Shown one piece after another: positions 50,898 to 61,176 of a DNA stretch of 64,000 nucleotides (position 1 is the stretch's first letter; the number at the start of each line of letters is the position of its first letter). Under the pieces are notes generated by a model, which had not been told where the DNA came from, ran no database searches, and worked only from the letters and a program-made list of their open reading frames with translations. This stretch comes from an uncultured delta proteobacterium (GTDB lineage: Bacteria > Desulfobacterota > Binatia > JACPRU01): the NCBI GenBank assembly GCA_963745025.1, contig CAVUWD010000019.1, forward strand, positions 256,001 through 320,000, read 5' to 3'. Both the position numbers and the translations under genes were made by a program.

Positions 50898-51869
50898 TCA
50901 CTTGATCGCCAGCGGATTCACCGGAGAGCCGGTTCCGCCGACGATCTTCAGCGGCGCGCCGACGAAGAGGAAGTCGTACTGGCCGTCCTTCGCGCAGTCG
51001 TCCGCGAGATCTTTCAGGTAGCAGATCTCGTTGAACGGGATGCCGAGGTCGCGGAGTAGCGCGCCGTGCAGCGGCAGGAAGACACTGCTTACCGACGACG
51101 TCGTTTGCTCGTTTGCGATGGTGTCGGTGGAGAATGACGGGATCTCCATCTCGTGGAACCACTTGATCAGCGCGGGCTCGTCGGTGATGCCGGGCTCGGC
51201 AATCGCCTTGTTCGGGAAGAACGCGTCGGGACCCTCCTCGTAGAAGACCTCCATCCATCCCGTGCGGATCACAAGGATGTCGTGCTTCTCGAGCTTCACC
51301 TTCTGCTTCTCGGCGGTCTTCTTGAGGTCGTCGAGCGTGATCTGCTGGTTCGGACCGAGATGCTTGACGCCCTTGTACCGCGCCACGTCGAGCAGCACCC
51401 CGCGCCCGACCACGCCGTGCTCGGCGATCGGCTGGATCGAGCACTTCTTCAGCCCGCCGATCGTCGTCTTGGCGTCGTAGCCGTTGTAGAGCTTGTCGTC
51501 GTACCAGACGTGGCCGAGCGCGTCGTATTGGGTGGTCCCCTGCACGTACATGAAGATCACGTCGTCGGCGTACTCGAGGCCGCCCGGGAACGACGGAGCC
51601 GCGTCGTTGTAGTAGAAGCCCTTGTCCATGTTCATGGTCTTCACGGGCTGACCGCGGCCCGGATAAATGGGGTCGCCTTCCTTGCGGCCCACCGGCACGC
51701 CGAGCGCGAACGTTTTGCCCGAGCGCACGGCGCGGGCACCGCGCACGACTTCCGGCGCCGTCAAGAAATTGATCGAGCCGAGCTCGTCGTCTTTGCCCCA
51801 CCGCCCCCAGTTCTTCGGCATGTCACGCAAGACTTCCCGTACGTGCTTCGACTGTGGTCCTACTGCCAT
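50898..51869 (-). CDS. Cyclase-family (kynurenine formamidase-like) protein
   Basis: NWGRWGKDDELG, TQYDALGH, GRGVLLD, IRTGW, GGTGSPVNPLAIK. Confidence 0.92.
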   Translation of the reverse strand: MAVGPQSKHVREVLRDMPKNWGRWGKDDELGSINFLTAPEVVRGARAVRSGKTFALGVPVGRKEGDPIYPGRGQPVKTMNMDKGFYYNDAAPSFPGGLEYADDVIFMYVQGTTQYDALGHVWYDDKLYNGYDAKTTIGGLKKCSIQPIAEHGVVGRGVLLDVARYKGVKHLGPNQQITLDDLKKTAEKQKVKLEKHDILVIRTGWMEVFYEEGPDAFFPNKAIAEPGITDEPALIKWFHEMEIPSFSTDTIANEQTTSSVSSVFLPLHGALLRDLGIPFNEICYLKDLADDCAKDGQYDFLFVGAPLKIVGGTGSPVNPLAIK

Positions 51870-52064
51870 CTGGTTCTCCTCCTTGAAATCGATGGTTTCC
51901 TTCGGTTTGGCGAATCGTTACTCGCTTTGCGCAGGGAAGGAAACTCTAGGAAGGTGTGACGTCGAATATCCTTGGGACGAGGTACGTCTCAAAGGTCGTA
52001 GCGCGGCCGAGCGCGGATCGCTCCTTTGCCCGTCCCGACAGCGACCCTAGAGGTGAAAGAGGAC

Positions 52065-53636
52065 ATGAACCTGAAGACGAGATCGTGGATCCTGATCATC
52101 GTTCTTTCCTTGATCGTAGGCGGCGGCTTCGGAACGTTTGCCGCAGACTGGTTTCCGTGGGGATCCTCGAAGGGCGAACCGACCCCGGCTCCATCCCCGG
52201 CGCCGCCCGCAGAGGCTTCGCTGCGCGCGGCCCCGGGCCGCCAGGGGGCGGTTTCGTCCTTCGCGGACATCGCGGCGGGGGCCGAGCCCGCCGTCGTCAA
52301 CATCTCGACCTCGCAGACCATCAAGAGCGAGGGTTTCCACGGCTTCGGGCCACTCCCTGGCCCCGGCGGCCGCGGAGGTCCCGAGGGGCCGGGAGGCGGT
52401 TCCGGCCCCAGCCCGTTCGGGGAGAACGACCCCTTCGAGCAGTTCTTCCGGCGCTTCATGCCGCAGATGCCGAAGAGCTTCAAACAGCGCAGCCTCGGGT
52501 CGGGATTCGCCATCAGCTCCGACGGCCTGATCGTCACCAACAACCACGTCGTCGAGCACGCCGACGAGATCCTCGTGAAGCTTTCCTCTGGAGAGCATCA
52601 GTACAAGGCCAAGGTTCTCGGCACCGACCCGAAGACCGATCTCGCGCTGGTGAAGATCGAGCCGCAGGGAAAGATCGCTGCGCTGAAGCTCGGCGATTCG
52701 GGGAGCCTCCGTGTCGGGGACTGGGTGATGGCGATCGGCAATCCCTTCGGTCTCGAACACACGGTGACCGCGGGCATCGTCAGCGCCAAGGGCCGCGTGA
52801 TCGGCCAGGGCCCGTACGACGATTTCATCCAGACCGACGCCTCGATCAATCCCGGAAATTCGGGCGGTCCGCTGCTGAACGTCGAGGGCGAGGTGGTCGG
52901 CATCAACAGCTCGATCTTCAGCGAGTCGGGCGGCAACATGGGAATCGGCTTCGCGATCCCCTCGAATCTCGCCAAGCCGGTCGTCGAGCAGCTCCGCACT
53001 CAGGGCAAAGTCGTACGCGGATGGCTCGGGGTGATGATTCAGGACGTGACCGAGGATCTCGCCAGCTCGTTCAAGCTCTCCGAGCCGCACGGAGCGCTGG
53101 TTGCGAGCGTGAAAGAGGATGGCCCCGCCGCCAAGGCCGGGCTCGAGCGAGGCGACATCATCGTCGAGTTCGACGGCAAGCCGGTGAAGTCCTCGCATGA
53201 GCTTCCCTCGATGGTTGCGGCTTCGCCGATCGGCAAGGACGTCGACGTGAAGGTCCTGCGCGAAGGCAAGGAGAAGACCTTGCAGATGAAGATCGCCGAG
53301 ATGCCCAAAGGCGAGGGCGGTGAGACCGGTGGCGGAGAGTCGGAGGAGCCATCGAGCGAGAAGCTCGGTCTGACGGTCGCGCCGATCACGCCGGACGTGG
53401 CACGCGAGCTCGGTATCGAGCCAGGCTCGGGAGTTCTCGTCCGTGCCGTGAAGGCGGGCAGCACGGCCGAAGACGCGGGTCTGCAGCCCGGTGACGTCAT
53501 TCTCGAAGTCAACCGCAAGGCGGTGAAGTCCGTCGAAGCATTCAAGAGCGCGGTGAGCGGCGGGACGAAAAGCGAGAGCCTGCTGTTTCTCGTCCGGCGC
53601 GGCGACTCGACGATTTTCCTCGCGCTGAAGCGCTAG
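52065..53636 (+). CDS. degP: DegP/DegQ (HtrA) serine endoprotease with two PDZ domains
   Basis: TNNHVV, DPKTDLAL, QTDASINPGNSGGPL. Confidence 0.93.
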   Translation: MNLKTRSWILIIVLSLIVGGGFGTFAADWFPWGSSKGEPTPAPSPAPPAEASLRAAPGRQGAVSSFADIAAGAEPAVVNISTSQTIKSEGFHGFGPLPGPGGRGGPEGPGGGSGPSPFGENDPFEQFFRRFMPQMPKSFKQRSLGSGFAISSDGLIVTNNHVVEHADEILVKLSSGEHQYKAKVLGTDPKTDLALVKIEPQGKIAALKLGDSGSLRVGDWVMAIGNPFGLEHTVTAGIVSAKGRVIGQGPYDDFIQTDASINPGNSGGPLLNVEGEVVGINSSIFSESGGNMGIGFAIPSNLAKPVVEQLRTQGKVVRGWLGVMIQDVTEDLASSFKLSEPHGALVASVKEDGPAAKAGLERGDIIVEFDGKPVKSSHELPSMVAASPIGKDVDVKVLREGKEKTLQMKIAEMPKGEGGETGGGESEEPSSEKLGLTVAPITPDVARELGIEPGSGVLVRAVKAGSTAEDAGLQPGDVILEVNRKAVKSVEAFKSAVSGGTKSESLLFLVRRGDSTIFLALKR

Positions 53637-53935
53637 CTCGGGAGGATGCTCGGCCGAAGATGGTTCGCGACCAACGGGAGCGGTCGTGACGAGCGTGATG
53701 GGAGATATGCGGTCGGAGCCTGCAGCGTCCGTTGTGCCTCGCTCCCGTCGGTTGCGAGGTCAGCTCCGCCCGAAGACTCGACTGGAACAGCCCCACCCGG
53801 ACCCGTGCTCGGCTCCTCGTCCGAGCACGGGTCCCCCCCGCCGATAGGCGCGAGGGTAGGCGATCCGCGCTCGCTCGGGCGCCTGGAAGCTCATCGCCCG
53901 CGAGTATAGCCGAACGTTGACCTGGCGAAGACCCC

Positions 53936-54742
53936 GTGATGTACGAGAGAGAGATGGACGACAGCCGCCCCGCGTTCCGCCGCAAGCTGGCGTTCGAAAT
54001 TCCCGCCGAGGTCGAGCTCTATGAGAAGCTGAAGGCGTATCAATGGAATGCCTCGACCGAGATCGATTGGTCGCGTCCGATCCGCAACTACTCGGAAGAG
54101 GCATATGCCTCCGTCGAGCGGCAGTTCTCGCGCGAAGAGTTCGATCGCCTGTGCGCGGAGCGGCGTGGCGTCACGTTCACGCAGCTCTTCCTCGGCGAGC
54201 AGGCCGCCCTCGCGCTCTGCGCGCAGCTCCTCAACATGGTCCCGGAGGTGGAGACGAAGTTCTGCCTCGCCGGTCAGATCATCGACGAGGCCCGCCACGT
54301 CGAAGTCTTCGGGCGCTATCTCGACAAGCTCGGCGTCGACGCGCCGTTCAATCCGCCGCTCGAGGAGCTCGTTTACAGGCTCTTCGAGTCCGATCACTAC
54401 GGAGAGAAGATCGTCGGCATGCAGGTCTTCCTCGAGGGCATCGCGGTGGGGATCTTCCAGCGCTTCCAGCAGGAGAGCCCCGACCCGCTGATGCGCGAGT
54501 TGATCACGCTCGTGCTGCGCGACGAGTCACGGCATGCGGGCTTTGGCGTCATCTACCTGGCGGACCGCTTTCGCGGAGCGTCCACGGTGGAGCGCGCGCG
54601 CATCGAACGCTTCGTCGGCGATCTCTGGCGCCTCTTTCATCACGCGACCGCATCGCCGTTCGGTGCCGTGAATGAGTTTCTCGCCGACACCTTCGCCGAC
54701 ATCCAGCATCGATTGCAGCGGATCGGGCTCGAGCTGCGCTGA
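53936..54742 (+). CDS. Ferritin-like diiron-carboxylate protein (AurF-like)
   Basis: GEQAAL, DEARH, FLEG, DESRH. Confidence 0.85.
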   Translation: MMYEREMDDSRPAFRRKLAFEIPAEVELYEKLKAYQWNASTEIDWSRPIRNYSEEAYASVERQFSREEFDRLCAERRGVTFTQLFLGEQAALALCAQLLNMVPEVETKFCLAGQIIDEARHVEVFGRYLDKLGVDAPFNPPLEELVYRLFESDHYGEKIVGMQVFLEGIAVGIFQRFQQESPDPLMRELITLVLRDESRHAGFGVIYLADRFRGASTVERARIERFVGDLWRLFHHATASPFGAVNEFLADTFADIQHRLQRIGLELR

Positions 54743-54755
54743 GCCTGCGGGGCGG

Positions 54756-56597
54756 ATGCCCCGGCGCGCGCGCTCGATCGCGATCGCCGCGGTCGCGGCG
54801 TGGGCGCTGGTGGCCTGTTTTTCCCGTCTCGGCGAACCGCCCGTGGTGATCACCAACGAGGCGCGAGAGGGAGTCTACGTGCGGGCGATGCTGCGCTCGG
54901 GAGACTTCTTGGCACCGCTCGTTCAGAACCACGTCGAGAACGACGAGCTCGTGCCCGACAAGCCGCCGCTGTTTCACTGGGTCGCCGCGGCCGCCACCCT
55001 GCTCCGCTCCCGTCTCTCCGGCGGGCCGCGGGTGCCGGGGCCGGATCTGTCGCGGCGCGTCGACGAGTGGACGCTGCGCTTTCCGTCGGCACTCTGCGCC
55101 TGCCTGCTGGTGATCTCGGTCGCCACGCTCGGCTCGTCATTCGTCGGAGAGCGGGCAGCGCTCTGTGCAGCGGCCGTGCTGCTCACCAGCGCGCAGTTCG
55201 GCTACCAGGCGCGCTTCGGACGCGTCGACATGACGCTCGCTTGCTTCGCATCGCTGGCGACCCTGCTCGCCGGCCGCGCGCTCCTCGATCCCCGCGAGGA
55301 CCGCTGGCTTCCTCTCGCGGGAGCGGCGGCCGGTCTCGCGGTGCTCGCCAAAGGACCACTCGGCGCGGTGTTGCCGGGGCTCGCGTGCGGAAGCGTTCTC
55401 GTCGCGCGCCGCTGGCGAAACCGCGCGGCGTCGCTGCCCGAGGGGGTGCGCTGGAGGACCGCTCTGGCGGCCCTCGCCGTCGTGGCGCTCCCCTGGTACG
55501 TCGTCGCCAGCGTGGCGCGCGGCGTCGTCGTGCTGCGCTCGCAGATCCTCGCCGAGAACTTCGTGCAGTTCGCGGGCATCGACGACCGCATGAACGAGCT
55601 CTACTACCTGCAGCCCTGGCTGCTCGATTCCTTCCCATGGAACCTGCTCGCCGTCGCGGCGCTCTTCGAAGCCTGGAGGCGTCGAGACCCTGGACCGAGG
55701 TTTTGTGCGAGCTGGTGGATTTCGTCGCTCGCCTTGTTTCAAATCGCCGCCTACAAGCGCCGGGCCTATCTCTTGCCGGCGCTTCCCGCCGAGGCGCTGC
55801 TCGCGGGATGGTTCGTCGATGCGGTGCTGCTGAGAGATCTGCCGCTGCCGTCGATCGATCTCTACGCGCTCGTGCGCCGGCTCGCGCGCCCGGCGCTTGT
55901 TTGTCTGACGGCAGCGGTCGTCGGGGCTCTCGGCGCGCCGCCTATCTATCGGATTTGGGTCGGCGACCAACTCCTTCATCCAATCGACGGTGCGCTCTTG
56001 CTCGGCGGCTCGGCGGCGATCGTGCTCGCCGCGCTGGCGCTCGTGCGGGCGCTGTTCACAGGGGATCGCTGGCGGACGCTCGTCGCCGTTTGCACCGGGC
56101 TCGGTGTTCTCTATGCCGCCGTCGTTCCGGCCGGCATGGCGGTGATCGCCAGACGGCGCTCGACGAAATCGCTGGTCGAGCGCATCGAGGCGACGCTTCC
56201 CGAGGGGAGCCGCCTCACGCTGTGCGGGATCGACCCGGATCCGAGCCTCCCCATCGTTTTCTACTTTCGCGACTCGGATCGGCTCGAGGTTTCCCGCGAC
56301 GGCGCTGCGTGCGCGAAGGACTCTGCCGCCGGCTCCTACCTCATCGCGGAGGCCGAATGGCTGCGCATAGAGCGACGCGGCGGTGAACGGGCTCTCTGGC
56401 ACGAGCGCCTGCGCGGCGAATTGCTGGGTTGGAGCCGTCGCTCCGGCGTCGTCTTGGCCGAGCGGATCGCTTCAAGAGCCGAGTCGGCGCCAGGGATCTC
56501 GATGGGCCAACCTTTTGCGGTACCTTTCGAGCCCCCGGCGCTCAGCACTGTTCGTGCTTCACGAATCCCGGGCACACGTTGTTGGCGCACGGGTTGA
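54756..56597 (+). CDS. ArnT/GT39-family membrane glycosyltransferase
   Basis: NEARE, DKPPLFHW, RFPSA, RVDM, LAKGP, KRRAYLLP. Confidence 0.88.
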   Translation: MPRRARSIAIAAVAAWALVACFSRLGEPPVVITNEAREGVYVRAMLRSGDFLAPLVQNHVENDELVPDKPPLFHWVAAAATLLRSRLSGGPRVPGPDLSRRVDEWTLRFPSALCACLLVISVATLGSSFVGERAALCAAAVLLTSAQFGYQARFGRVDMTLACFASLATLLAGRALLDPREDRWLPLAGAAAGLAVLAKGPLGAVLPGLACGSVLVARRWRNRAASLPEGVRWRTALAALAVVALPWYVVASVARGVVVLRSQILAENFVQFAGIDDRMNELYYLQPWLLDSFPWNLLAVAALFEAWRRRDPGPRFCASWWISSLALFQIAAYKRRAYLLPALPAEALLAGWFVDAVLLRDLPLPSIDLYALVRRLARPALVCLTAAVVGALGAPPIYRIWVGDQLLHPIDGALLLGGSAAIVLAALALVRALFTGDRWRTLVAVCTGLGVLYAAVVPAGMAVIARRRSTKSLVERIEATLPEGSRLTLCGIDPDPSLPIVFYFRDSDRLEVSRDGAACAKDSAAGSYLIAEAEWLRIERRGGERALWHERLRGELLGWSRRSGVVLAERIASRAESAPGISMGQPFAVPFEPPALSTVRASRIPGTRCWRTG

Positions 56598-56990
56598 TCG
56601 TGGTTCAGTAGAGAACCCCACCGCCTCAGCCGAACCGCCGCAGCCGACCGCCGATTGAATGGCGCTCAGCAGGACCGCGAGGTCGACCGTCTTGCGAAGC
56701 GTGGCCACCACGTGCGGCGATCGCGGCGCCAGGTCCGCGGCCGCGCTGAAGACGATCACAGGCACGTGCAACGTACGGTCTTGCTCGAAGGACTCCAGAA
56801 ACTGCCACCCGTTCATCTCCGGCATCTGGAGGTCCAGCAAGATTACGTCCGGCTGAGCGCCCTCTCGGAGCCGCTTCAGGCCGTCTCGGCCGTTGCCGGC
56901 TTCTGCGATCGCATGCCCCTGAAGCTTCAAGAGGTCGGCGAGGGGCTGTCGAATCGAGAGGTCATCCTCGATGACGAGAATCCTGGCCAC
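56559..56990 (-). CDS. Single-domain response regulator
   Basis: ILVIEDD, PDVILLDLQMPEMNG; start uncertain. Confidence 0.85.
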   Translation of the reverse strand: MARILVIEDDLSIRQPLADLLKLQGHAIAEAGNGRDGLKRLREGAQPDVILLDLQMPEMNGWQFLESFEQDRTLHVPVIVFSAAADLAPRSPHVVATLRKTVDLAVLLSAIQSAVGCGGSAEAVGFSTEPRSTRAPTTCARDS

Positions 56991-57359
56991 ATGTTCGTGG
57001 GGAAGCACGATCAATGCCATCGTCTGCAGCTTGAAAAATCGGAGCAATCCCACGCGCGGTTCTTAACGGTGAGAACGTCGGCGTCACTTTTTCGACCGGT
57101 ATGAACCCCATGTGATGTGAGCTCCGAAGGACGATCCGCAGAACTCGCGGCACGGGTGCTTGCGTTCCCCTCGCGCTGCGGGGCAGGAGATGGAGGAAGT
57201 GCCGGCGTCCGAGAACGACCGTTGTGTAGCTTTCCGTGCGCGGAACGGCGGCTCAACGACGGCGGCGGGTAGGGCGAATGGCTGATGGACGCTTGGGCCC
57301 GTCGCTGGGCATCATGGTCGGCGCGAGGGCGCCGAACGTAGCCAGGAGGGAGGGCCGCG

Positions 57360-58496
57360 ATGCGACTCACCGAGGAACAGCTTGCGATCCGAGAGATGGT
57401 CCACGATCTGGCACGGGACCAGATCGCGCCGCGGGCAAAGGAGTGGGACGAGCGCGGCCGGTTCCCGGACGAGCTGCGGCGGCTTCTGGTCGAGCACGAG
57501 CTCTACGTGATGTACCTTCCGGAGGAGCTGGGCGGTCTCGGCTTCGACCTCGCGACGCAGTGCCTCGTGCTCGAGGAACTCGCCAAGGTGGACGGGTCGA
57601 CCGCGATGACCCTGCAGGACCAGGGCACTTCGAGCCACTTTCTGCTCACCGCGTGCACGCCGGAGCAGCGGCGGCGCCTCCTACCGCGTATTCGATCGGA
57701 GCAGCGCTTCGTTGCCTTCTGCTTGAGCGAGCCCGGGTCCGGCTCCGACGCGGGCGGGCTCGAGACGCGCGCGCGGCGCGAGGGCGACGAGTTCGTCCTG
57801 CGCGGCCAGAAGACCTGGGTCACCAACGGCGGGCCCGCGGAGTGGTACATCGTGTTCGCGCTCACCGACCCGGACAGGCGCACGCGCGGCGGCATCTCGG
57901 CGTTCCTCGTCGAGCGCGATGCGCCGGGCATGCAGCTCGGGCCCCCCATGAAGAAGATGGGGCTCCGGGCCTCCGCCACCGTAGACCTGTTCCTCGAGGA
58001 CGTGCGGGTCCCCGCCGATGCCTGTCTGGGGACCGAGGGGGCGGGTTTCAGCTACGCGATGAAGACGTTCGAGGCCTCGCGGCCCCAGGTGGCCACGGTG
58101 GCGCTGGGCCTCGCCGAAGGCGCCTACGAGTATGCTCTCGCATACGCGAAGCAGCGGCACGCCTTCGGCCGGCCGATTGCCGACTTCCAGGGTATCCAGT
58201 TCATGCTCGCGGACATGGTGACGCAGATCGCGGCCGCACGGCTCCTCGTCTACCAGGCCGCGCGCATGTACGACGAGGGACTGACGGACCTGACCTACCA
58301 CGCCTCCCTCGCCAAGCTCTTCGCCAGCGACACGGCGATGCAGGTCACCACCGACGCGGTCCAGATACTGGGCGGTGCCGGCTACGTCACCGAGCACCCG
58401 GTCGAGCGCATGATGCGCGACGCCAAGGTCACCCAGATCTTCGAGGGAACGAACCAGATCCAGCGGTTGCTCATCGCGCGACACATTCTGAAGTGA
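57360..58496 (+). CDS. Acyl-CoA dehydrogenase
   Basis: FCLSEPGSGSD, GQKTWVTNG, KMGLRAS, QILGGAGY, IFEGTNQIQR. Confidence 0.96.
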   Translation: MRLTEEQLAIREMVHDLARDQIAPRAKEWDERGRFPDELRRLLVEHELYVMYLPEELGGLGFDLATQCLVLEELAKVDGSTAMTLQDQGTSSHFLLTACTPEQRRRLLPRIRSEQRFVAFCLSEPGSGSDAGGLETRARREGDEFVLRGQKTWVTNGGPAEWYIVFALTDPDRRTRGGISAFLVERDAPGMQLGPPMKKMGLRASATVDLFLEDVRVPADACLGTEGAGFSYAMKTFEASRPQVATVALGLAEGAYEYALAYAKQRHAFGRPIADFQGIQFMLADMVTQIAAARLLVYQAARMYDEGLTDLTYHASLAKLFASDTAMQVTTDAVQILGGAGYVTEHPVERMMRDAKVTQIFEGTNQIQRLLIARHILK

Positions 58497-58570
58497 CCGG
58501 CCGTCAATCCCGGCTTACATTCGACGCGGGGATCTCGCCGGTGGTTCCAGCGTGATGCATACGGAGGCAG

Positions 58571-58700
58571 GTGGCGAATATGTCGATGGTTCTTTCAGAG
58601 CGGCAAGGGACGATTGCGATCCTGACGCTTAACAATCCTAACCAATACAACGCATTGGGCGGGAGCATTCTAAGAGATCTGAGTGAAGCACTGGACGCGA
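58571..58700 (+). pseudogene. Enoyl-CoA hydratase N-terminal stub
   Basis: GGAGG RBS; VLSERQGTIAILTLNNPNQYNAL..LSEALD, then unrelated sequence. Confidence 0.65.
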
Positions 58701-58851
58701 GGGAGCCGCTGCGTGGGTGCAAAAGCGTCCACCGCATTTCACCGGTCGATAGCGTCCTTCACTTCTATCATAGGCGCGGTGGCGATCGAGCGCGCTATGA
58801 CGATCGGGGGACTAAGTACGAGGAAGCATTCTTCTCACAGCCCCCAGGCAC

Positions 58852-59667
58852 TCAAAGCGCCTTGTTGAACGCGCCCATGATCCGCTCCGCCCGGCCCTTG
58901 AAGTAAGGCAGCGCCTCCCGGTGCGTGTGAATGTAAAGGCAATTGTTCCGAATGGCATCGAGCACAAGTGTGGCAACCTGCTCCGCCGCTAAGGTCCGAC
59001 CCTGCAAGGCGCTTCGTTCCTCGTCGGTGTAAGTCCGGTTTGCGTTTGTTCCACCCAGTTCAGGGGGCCGATTGCGGGCGCTTTGGTCGATATTGGTTGA
59101 CACCCGCATCGGACAGAGAACGGAGGCGCCGATCTTGGTGTCGCGAAGATCTTTGTGGACCGATTCCGCCAACGCTACGACGGCCGCCTTCGTGACATTA
59201 TAGGGCGCAAGATCGCGGTTCGGAACGAGACCGGCGAAACTTGCCGTAAAGACCATATGGCCTTCCTCGGCCTGCGCTAGCATCCGCGGAAGAAAAACCT
59301 CAACACCATAAATCGGTCCCCAGAGATTCACGCCAACCGTCCACTTCCAATCCTCGGCCGTCATTCCCTGCACCGGTCCAAAAACGGCAACGCCGGCGTT
59401 ATGCATGATCACATGGGTGCCTCCGAAGCGCTTCCATGTGGCATCGGCAAGGCGTTCGACGGCGGATCTGTCGCTCACGTCCGTGACCAGGCCAACGGCG
59501 TCCACATGCTCGCTTTCCAGAAGGCTTACAGCGCTGTCCAGAGCGCGACCTTCGATATCCGCGAGGACCAATTTGGCGCCCTCGCTGCCGAGGGCACGTG
59601 CGACGGCAAGACCAATGCCGCTCGCACCGCCGGTAATGACCGCTACCCGATCTCGAAAGTCTTGCAT
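58852..59667 (-). CDS. Short-chain dehydrogenase/reductase
   Basis: TGGASGIG, HNAGV, YNVTK. Confidence 0.95.
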   Translation of the reverse strand: MQDFRDRVAVITGGASGIGLAVARALGSEGAKLVLADIEGRALDSAVSLLESEHVDAVGLVTDVSDRSAVERLADATWKRFGGTHVIMHNAGVAVFGPVQGMTAEDWKWTVGVNLWGPIYGVEVFLPRMLAQAEEGHMVFTASFAGLVPNRDLAPYNVTKAAVVALAESVHKDLRDTKIGASVLCPMRVSTNIDQSARNRPPELGGTNANRTYTDEERSALQGRTLAAEQVATLVLDAIRNNCLYIHTHREALPYFKGRAERIMGAFNKAL

Positions 59668-59874
59668 ATATCCTTCCTTCGGATCCTCATGCGCACCTTA
59701 GCCGGTTCATACCTCGCCAAAGCTACCGCTTCTAGTGCGAAGCCGATACAGCCTGGGAACACGCCGTGAGGATAGCGGGGCCCTGAGAACTGGCAATCCG
59801 CGGCCGGCCGTGTGTTCCACGGAGCGCCGCCCGCGGCGCGTGACAACGGCGCGACGGCTTGCTAGGCGGTCTCC

Positions 59875-60315
59875 ATGGAATGGCCGGTCACGTACCGACG
59901 GAAGATCCGCTTTTCAGACACGGACGCCCAGGGGATTGTCTTCAACGGCAACTACGCGACTTACATCGACGACACGGTCACGGACTACTTCGAGGTCATC
60001 GGCCTTCCCTGGGATACCTTCACCAGCAGCGGTTACGACATGGTGCTGGCGCGCAGTGAGACCGACTTCCGCTCCGCCGGGCGCCTCGGTGAGACGCTGG
60101 TGACCGGCGCGCGAGTCGCGCGCTTCGGGAAGACCTCCGTGGTGTTCTCGCTGCGTACGTGGGAAGAGAAGTCCGAGCGGGTCGTCATCGAAGCGCGTCT
60201 GATCCAAGTCGTCGTCGATCACCAGACGCTCCAGCCGAAGCCGGTCCCCGGCTTCTTCATCGAGGCCGTGGAACGCGCTCAAGGAGGAGCGGTCGAGCGG
60301 TCGTCGGCGGCGTAG
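59875..60315 (+). CDS. Acyl-CoA thioesterase (4HBT/YbgC family)
   Basis: IRFSDTDAQGIVFNGNY. Confidence 0.9.
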   Translation: MEWPVTYRRKIRFSDTDAQGIVFNGNYATYIDDTVTDYFEVIGLPWDTFTSSGYDMVLARSETDFRSAGRLGETLVTGARVARFGKTSVVFSLRTWEEKSERVVIEARLIQVVVDHQTLQPKPVPGFFIEAVERAQGGAVERSSAA

Positions 60316-60396
60316 TAGTGCCCGGCGGCTCTGCCATCGGAGCCTCGTCGAGCGGCGAAGGGCCTCCTTGGCGAGACCCCAGTCAACCCGTCGACC

Positions 60397-61176
60397 CTAA
60401 TCCCCTTGATGTCGCGGTGTTTGCGAGCGGGCAAAGGAAGGTGTGGTCTCCGGAGGCTCGGGCTTCAGCCTGCCCTGCAAGAGAAGGAGCGCCGTGCCTG
60501 GATCGTCGGCGTACTGGAAGAGCTCAAGATCATCGCGATCGATCATGCCATGGCGGACGAGCGCGTCGAAATTGATGATCTCGTTCCAGTAGTCGCGCCC
60601 GTAAAGCAAGACGGGGATCGGCCGATCCAACTTGCGTGTTTGCGACAACGTCAGGACCTCGGCCAGCTCGTCGAGGGTGCCGAAACCTCCCGGGAAGACC
60701 ACAAGCGCACGGGCCAAATGCGCGAACCAGAGCTTCCGCATGAAGAAGTAGTGGAACTCGAACAACAGCTCGCGCGTGATGTAGGGATTCGGCCGCTGTT
60801 CGTGCGGTAACCCAATGTTGAGTCCGACCGTTCTTCCCCCGGCGTCGGAAGCGCCGCGATTGGCAGCCTCCATGATGCCGCCCCCTCCTCCCGAGCAGAC
60901 GATGTATCGATGAGCATGCGAAGGAAGGCCCTTCGACCATTCGGTCACGAGCCGCGCAAGTTCCCGAGCGTCATCGTAGTAGCGTCCGAGCGGACCATCA
61001 GGAGCAAGCCTCGCCGACCCGAAGAAGACGATCATGTCGTGGACGCGCTCGCGGCGAAAGGCCTGGAGCGGGCCGAGATACTCAGCGAGGATGCGGAGGG
61101 GGCGGGCATCGTCGCTGTCGAGAAACTTATGGTCCTTGTACGCGAGGGGGCGGTGCGTTGTCTCGGGCGGTTTCAT
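60397..61176 (-). CDS. LOG-family nucleotide phosphoribohydrolase
   Basis: FFGSAR, SGGGGGIMEAANRG, FHYFFMRK, FPGGFGTLDE. Confidence 0.92.
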   Translation of the reverse strand: MKPPETTHRPLAYKDHKFLDSDDARPLRILAEYLGPLQAFRRERVHDMIVFFGSARLAPDGPLGRYYDDARELARLVTEWSKGLPSHAHRYIVCSGGGGGIMEAANRGASDAGGRTVGLNIGLPHEQRPNPYITRELLFEFHYFFMRKLWFAHLARALVVFPGGFGTLDELAEVLTLSQTRKLDRPIPVLLYGRDYWNEIINFDALVRHGMIDRDDLELFQYADDPGTALLLLQGRLKPEPPETTPSFARSQTPRHQGD

